Source: Tubiluchus corallicola (Eukaryota; Animalia; Priapulida). From it: DNA of 64,000 nucleotides. The first letter of the stretch is position 1. The number at the start of each line of letters is the position of its first letter. Position numbers and translations under genes: made by a program. Below, in pieces: positions 60,643 through 64,000 of this stretch. The DNA is taken from the NCBI GenBank assembly GCA_030141605.1, contig JAQGDQ010000792.1, positions 31,272-95,271 of the forward strand. The letters are read 5' to 3'. The notes beneath the pieces are model-generated. The model had not been told where the DNA came from. It searched no databases and saw only the letters and a program-made list of their open reading frames with translations.

Positions 60643-61096
60643 ATTTAATTCATAAACTCAGATCAAGTCATCCATCCAGTGCCATTCTCTTCAAATTGTT
60701 GCAGAATTACATAAAGTCTACTAACCGTTTTGCCAATTAATTGTATGTGTAATTGCATATTGAATGGTAACCTGAAATATTTTGAATTTTATGCTTTTGA
60801 ATTAAACACTAGTTATTGAACAATCCTATTTTTGTATAGCTAATAGGATGATGTACATTGATAATTGTTTCTGGTATCACTTCTGTACTCTGCGAGGTTT
60901 GTATATTTCAATTTTAAGTATTAACTAGTGAATTACTTGTGATTTTGAACTAACTATCTATATAACTACATTGTTGATAACCAGTTGCATATATCTGTTC
61001 TGAAGTAAAACGTGTTTGTTGCGCAGTGGATAAACTCCGATCAGTAATATTACTGTATGTTAATCCACTTAAAATAAATAAAGTTTATAGATAAGT

Positions 61097-61099
61097 ATA

Positions 61100-61155
<56 letters not shown>

Positions 61156-61321
61156 AATAATAATAAAAATATTAACAATAATAAAAACAAACAATGACGA
61201 TGACGACGGCAACAACAACAACAAAAACAACAACAATGACAACAACAACAACAAAACAACAACAACAACGGCAACATCATCATCAACAACAACAACAACA
61301 TCATCATCAACAACAACAGTC

Positions 61322-61375
<54 letters not shown>

Positions 61376-61432
61376 GTGACGACAACAACAACAACAACAA
61401 CAACAACAACAGTGACAACAACAACAACAACA
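61097..61432. repeat. (GAT)n followed by (AAC)n microsatellite
   Basis: Directly visible. Confidence 0.93.
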
Positions 61433-61811
61433 TATATAGTTAAAAAAACCAAGACCATTAGCTTGTCTCATAATTGGGCACAGTTGCTTTAATCAAAATG
61501 TCGCATCTGCTACTTAAAATGAATTCAGACTGGCCTGACTCACAATTTCAAAGATGATTGTTATTTTGTCACGATTATGATGAATGATTATTATTATTAA
61601 GTGAACGAAGCCACTTTGTTCTAGTTTAGAAAAACACGTGGTTTAATCCACAAAGGAGGAAGTAATTATATTTTTCTGCAGCTGTAATCATATAATCCCT
61701 ACAAAGACATGATTTTCGCGTGGCGTTGACAATCAAGCATGTCATGTTTAACAGTCATTTCGATTTTTGGTGATATCTGAGCTTTTTTTCCAATTCCAAC
61801 ATAATTCTAGT

Positions 61812-62885
61812 TGTTTTCTGTTTAACCTAACGTTATTTCTGTCTGGTTCAAGTTTTGTAAAGCATTTCTGTACGTTCAATTGGTGAAATTTCATTGTTTT
61901 CTGTTTAACCTAACGTTATTTCTGTCTGGTTCAAGTTTTGTAAAGCATTTCTGTACGTTCAATTGGTGAAATTTCGTTGTTTTCTGTTTAACCTAACGTT
62001 ATTTCTGTCTGGTTCAACTTTTTTAAAGCATTTCTGGTGAAATTTCATTGTTTTCTGTTTAAACTAACGTTATTTCTGTCTGGTTCAAGATTTGTTAAGC
62101 ATTTCTGTACGTTCAACTGGTGAAATTTCAATGTTTTCTGTTTAAACTAACGTTATTTCTGTCTGGTTCAAGATTTGTAAAGCATTTCTGTACGTTCAAC
62201 TGGTGAAATTTCATTGTTTTATGTTTAAGCTAACGTTATTTCTGTCTGGTTCAACTTTTTTAAAGCATTTCTGTACGTTCAACTGGTGAAATTTCATTGT
62301 TTTCTGTTTAACCTAACGTTATTTCTGTCTGGTTCAAGATTTGTAAAGCATTTCTGTACGTTCAACTGGTGAAATTTCAATGTTTTCTGTTTAAACTAAC
62401 GTTATTTCTGTCTGGTTCAAGTTTTGTAAAGCATTTCTGTACGTTCAACTGGTGAAATTTCGTTGTTTTCTGTTTAAGCTAACGTTATTTCTGTCTGGTT
62501 CAAGTTTTGTAAAGCATTTCTGTACGTTCAATTGGTGAAATTTCATTGTTTTCTGTTTAACCTTACGTTATTTCTGTCCGGTTCAAGTTTTGTAAAGCAT
62601 TTCTGTACGTTCAATTGGTGAAATTTCGTTGTTTTCTGTTTAAGCTAACGTTATTTCTGTCTGGTTCAAGTTTTGTAAAGCATTTCTGTACGTTCAACTG
62701 GTGAAATTTCGTTGTTTTCTGTTTAACCTAACGTTATTTCTGTCTGGTTCAAGTTTTGTAAAGCATTTCTGTACGTTCAATTGGTGAAATTTCATTGTTT
62801 TCTGTTTAAACTAACGTTATTTCTGTCTGGTTCAAGTTTTGTAAAGCATTTCTGTACGTTCAACTGATGAAATTTCATTGTTTTA
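61812..62885. repeat. 83-bp tandem array, ~13 copies
   Basis: Unit gttttctgtttaacctaacgttatttctgtctggttcaagttttgtaaagcatttctgtacgttcaattggtgaaatttcatt (61813, 61896 and onward). Confidence 0.96.
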
Positions 62886-62963
62886 TGTGTCTTGGCTTGT
62901 TATGGGGTTGGTTCTTGTCATCTAGGGAATTACAAATCATGTTCGACTCAAGTCGCTCAACAT

Positions 62964-64000
62964 CATGAAATGGTTGATTAATGTTCAAGTGACGCCTTTT
63001 TTTGAAGAGAAAAAGAAGAAGAATATCTCAAACACTTTCCGTACAAAGTTGTATTAGTTAACACTGCGCTTACCTAATTGAAAGATCTATGTAACTAGAA
63101 AAGACAAATTTTAATAATTTAAAATTTTCGAGGCAATTGGTGAAATGCCACTGTGTCACAATCCCAGTGTGCACCACTGGCTCACTAAAGCATATTATTT
63201 TTTTCTTATTAAAAAATAATTTGGGACTGAAAGGGTTAACGGCGGGCGAGCCCAACTATTGATGACATCATAAACTAACATAATTTTCAACAGCAAAAAT
63301 ATTCCACGAGCGTGTTGCACGTGTTTGCGAAAGCGAAAATTGAACTACAGTGCTACTGTAAGATATTCAGTGTTGTGCAAAAACTGGGCAAGTTTTAAGA
63401 TAAAAATTCAAATTTCAAATAAAATTTACCGTTGCCCTCGTGCATGAGTATAAGATTGGCCCTGGTTTTGTTTTAAGCAATTGTTGACTACGGTAATAAA
63501 AAAACGTTGATATGGTTAAAGGACAAGAAAATTCTCTTCGTAAGTAAAGCTTAAAAATCGTCTTGAAATTTTGTATCATTTACATGCTGTCTCGTTGCAC
63601 GTAGAGCTTGTATCAGCAGTAACGCTGTATAAAACTTTAACTGTAAGTCGTTTGAAACAAGTTTAGATAATATTGCATGAAGTTTGAAAAAATACCTAGT
63701 GCATCCGTAGCGCACACGTCACAAACTAAGCAAAGATATAAGTTACTTTATAATAAGGTAAAAAAATAATATGCTTTAGTGAGCCAGTGGTGCACACTGG
63801 GATTGTGACACAGTGGCATTTCACCAATTGCCTCGAAAATTTTAAATTATTAAAATTTGTCTTTTCTAGTTACATAGATCTTTCAATTAGGTAAGCGCAG
63901 TGTTAACTAATACAACTTTGTACGGAAAGTGTTTGAGATATTCTTCTTCTTTTTCTCTTCAAAAAAAGGCGTCACTTGAACATTAATCAACCATTTCATG
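62964..64000. repeat. Inverted duplication: 62964-63204 versus 63760-64000, running off the window
   Basis: The arms read as exact reverse complements by eye. The spacer holds a piggyBac-MITE end, a family C fragment and the start of a family A element (63516). Confidence 0.9.

Overview
AT-rich, intron-containing animal genomic DNA, probably from an invertebrate, dense in microsatellites, minisatellites and small transposons. Hand-splicing with GT-AG sites and phase checks gives the following. (1) The 3' five coding exons of an ABCG-family transporter membrane domain (+, 1-8907). (2) A complete 9-exon, 314-aa, Cys-rich chymotrypsin-type S1 serine protease with two micro-exons of 21 and 23 bp (-, 12432-23407). 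(3) Three co-oriented minus-strand genes for secreted low-complexity Q/Y/G/N/P-rich repeat proteins (~562, 289 and 436 aa), each with a 12-14-codon phase-0 signal-peptide exon and one long terminal exon. (4) An apparently disabled GT11 alpha-1,2-fucosyltransferase nested antisense in intron 1 of the first of these, between two direct repeats. The window also holds a 5'-truncated LINE RT and TTAA-flanked piggyBac-like and Kolobok-like MITEs. The best candidate for an undescribed system is the secreted repeat-protein cluster beside the protease, which may encode an extracellular material or peptide precursors. All gene models are predictions from sequence alone; no database search was run.
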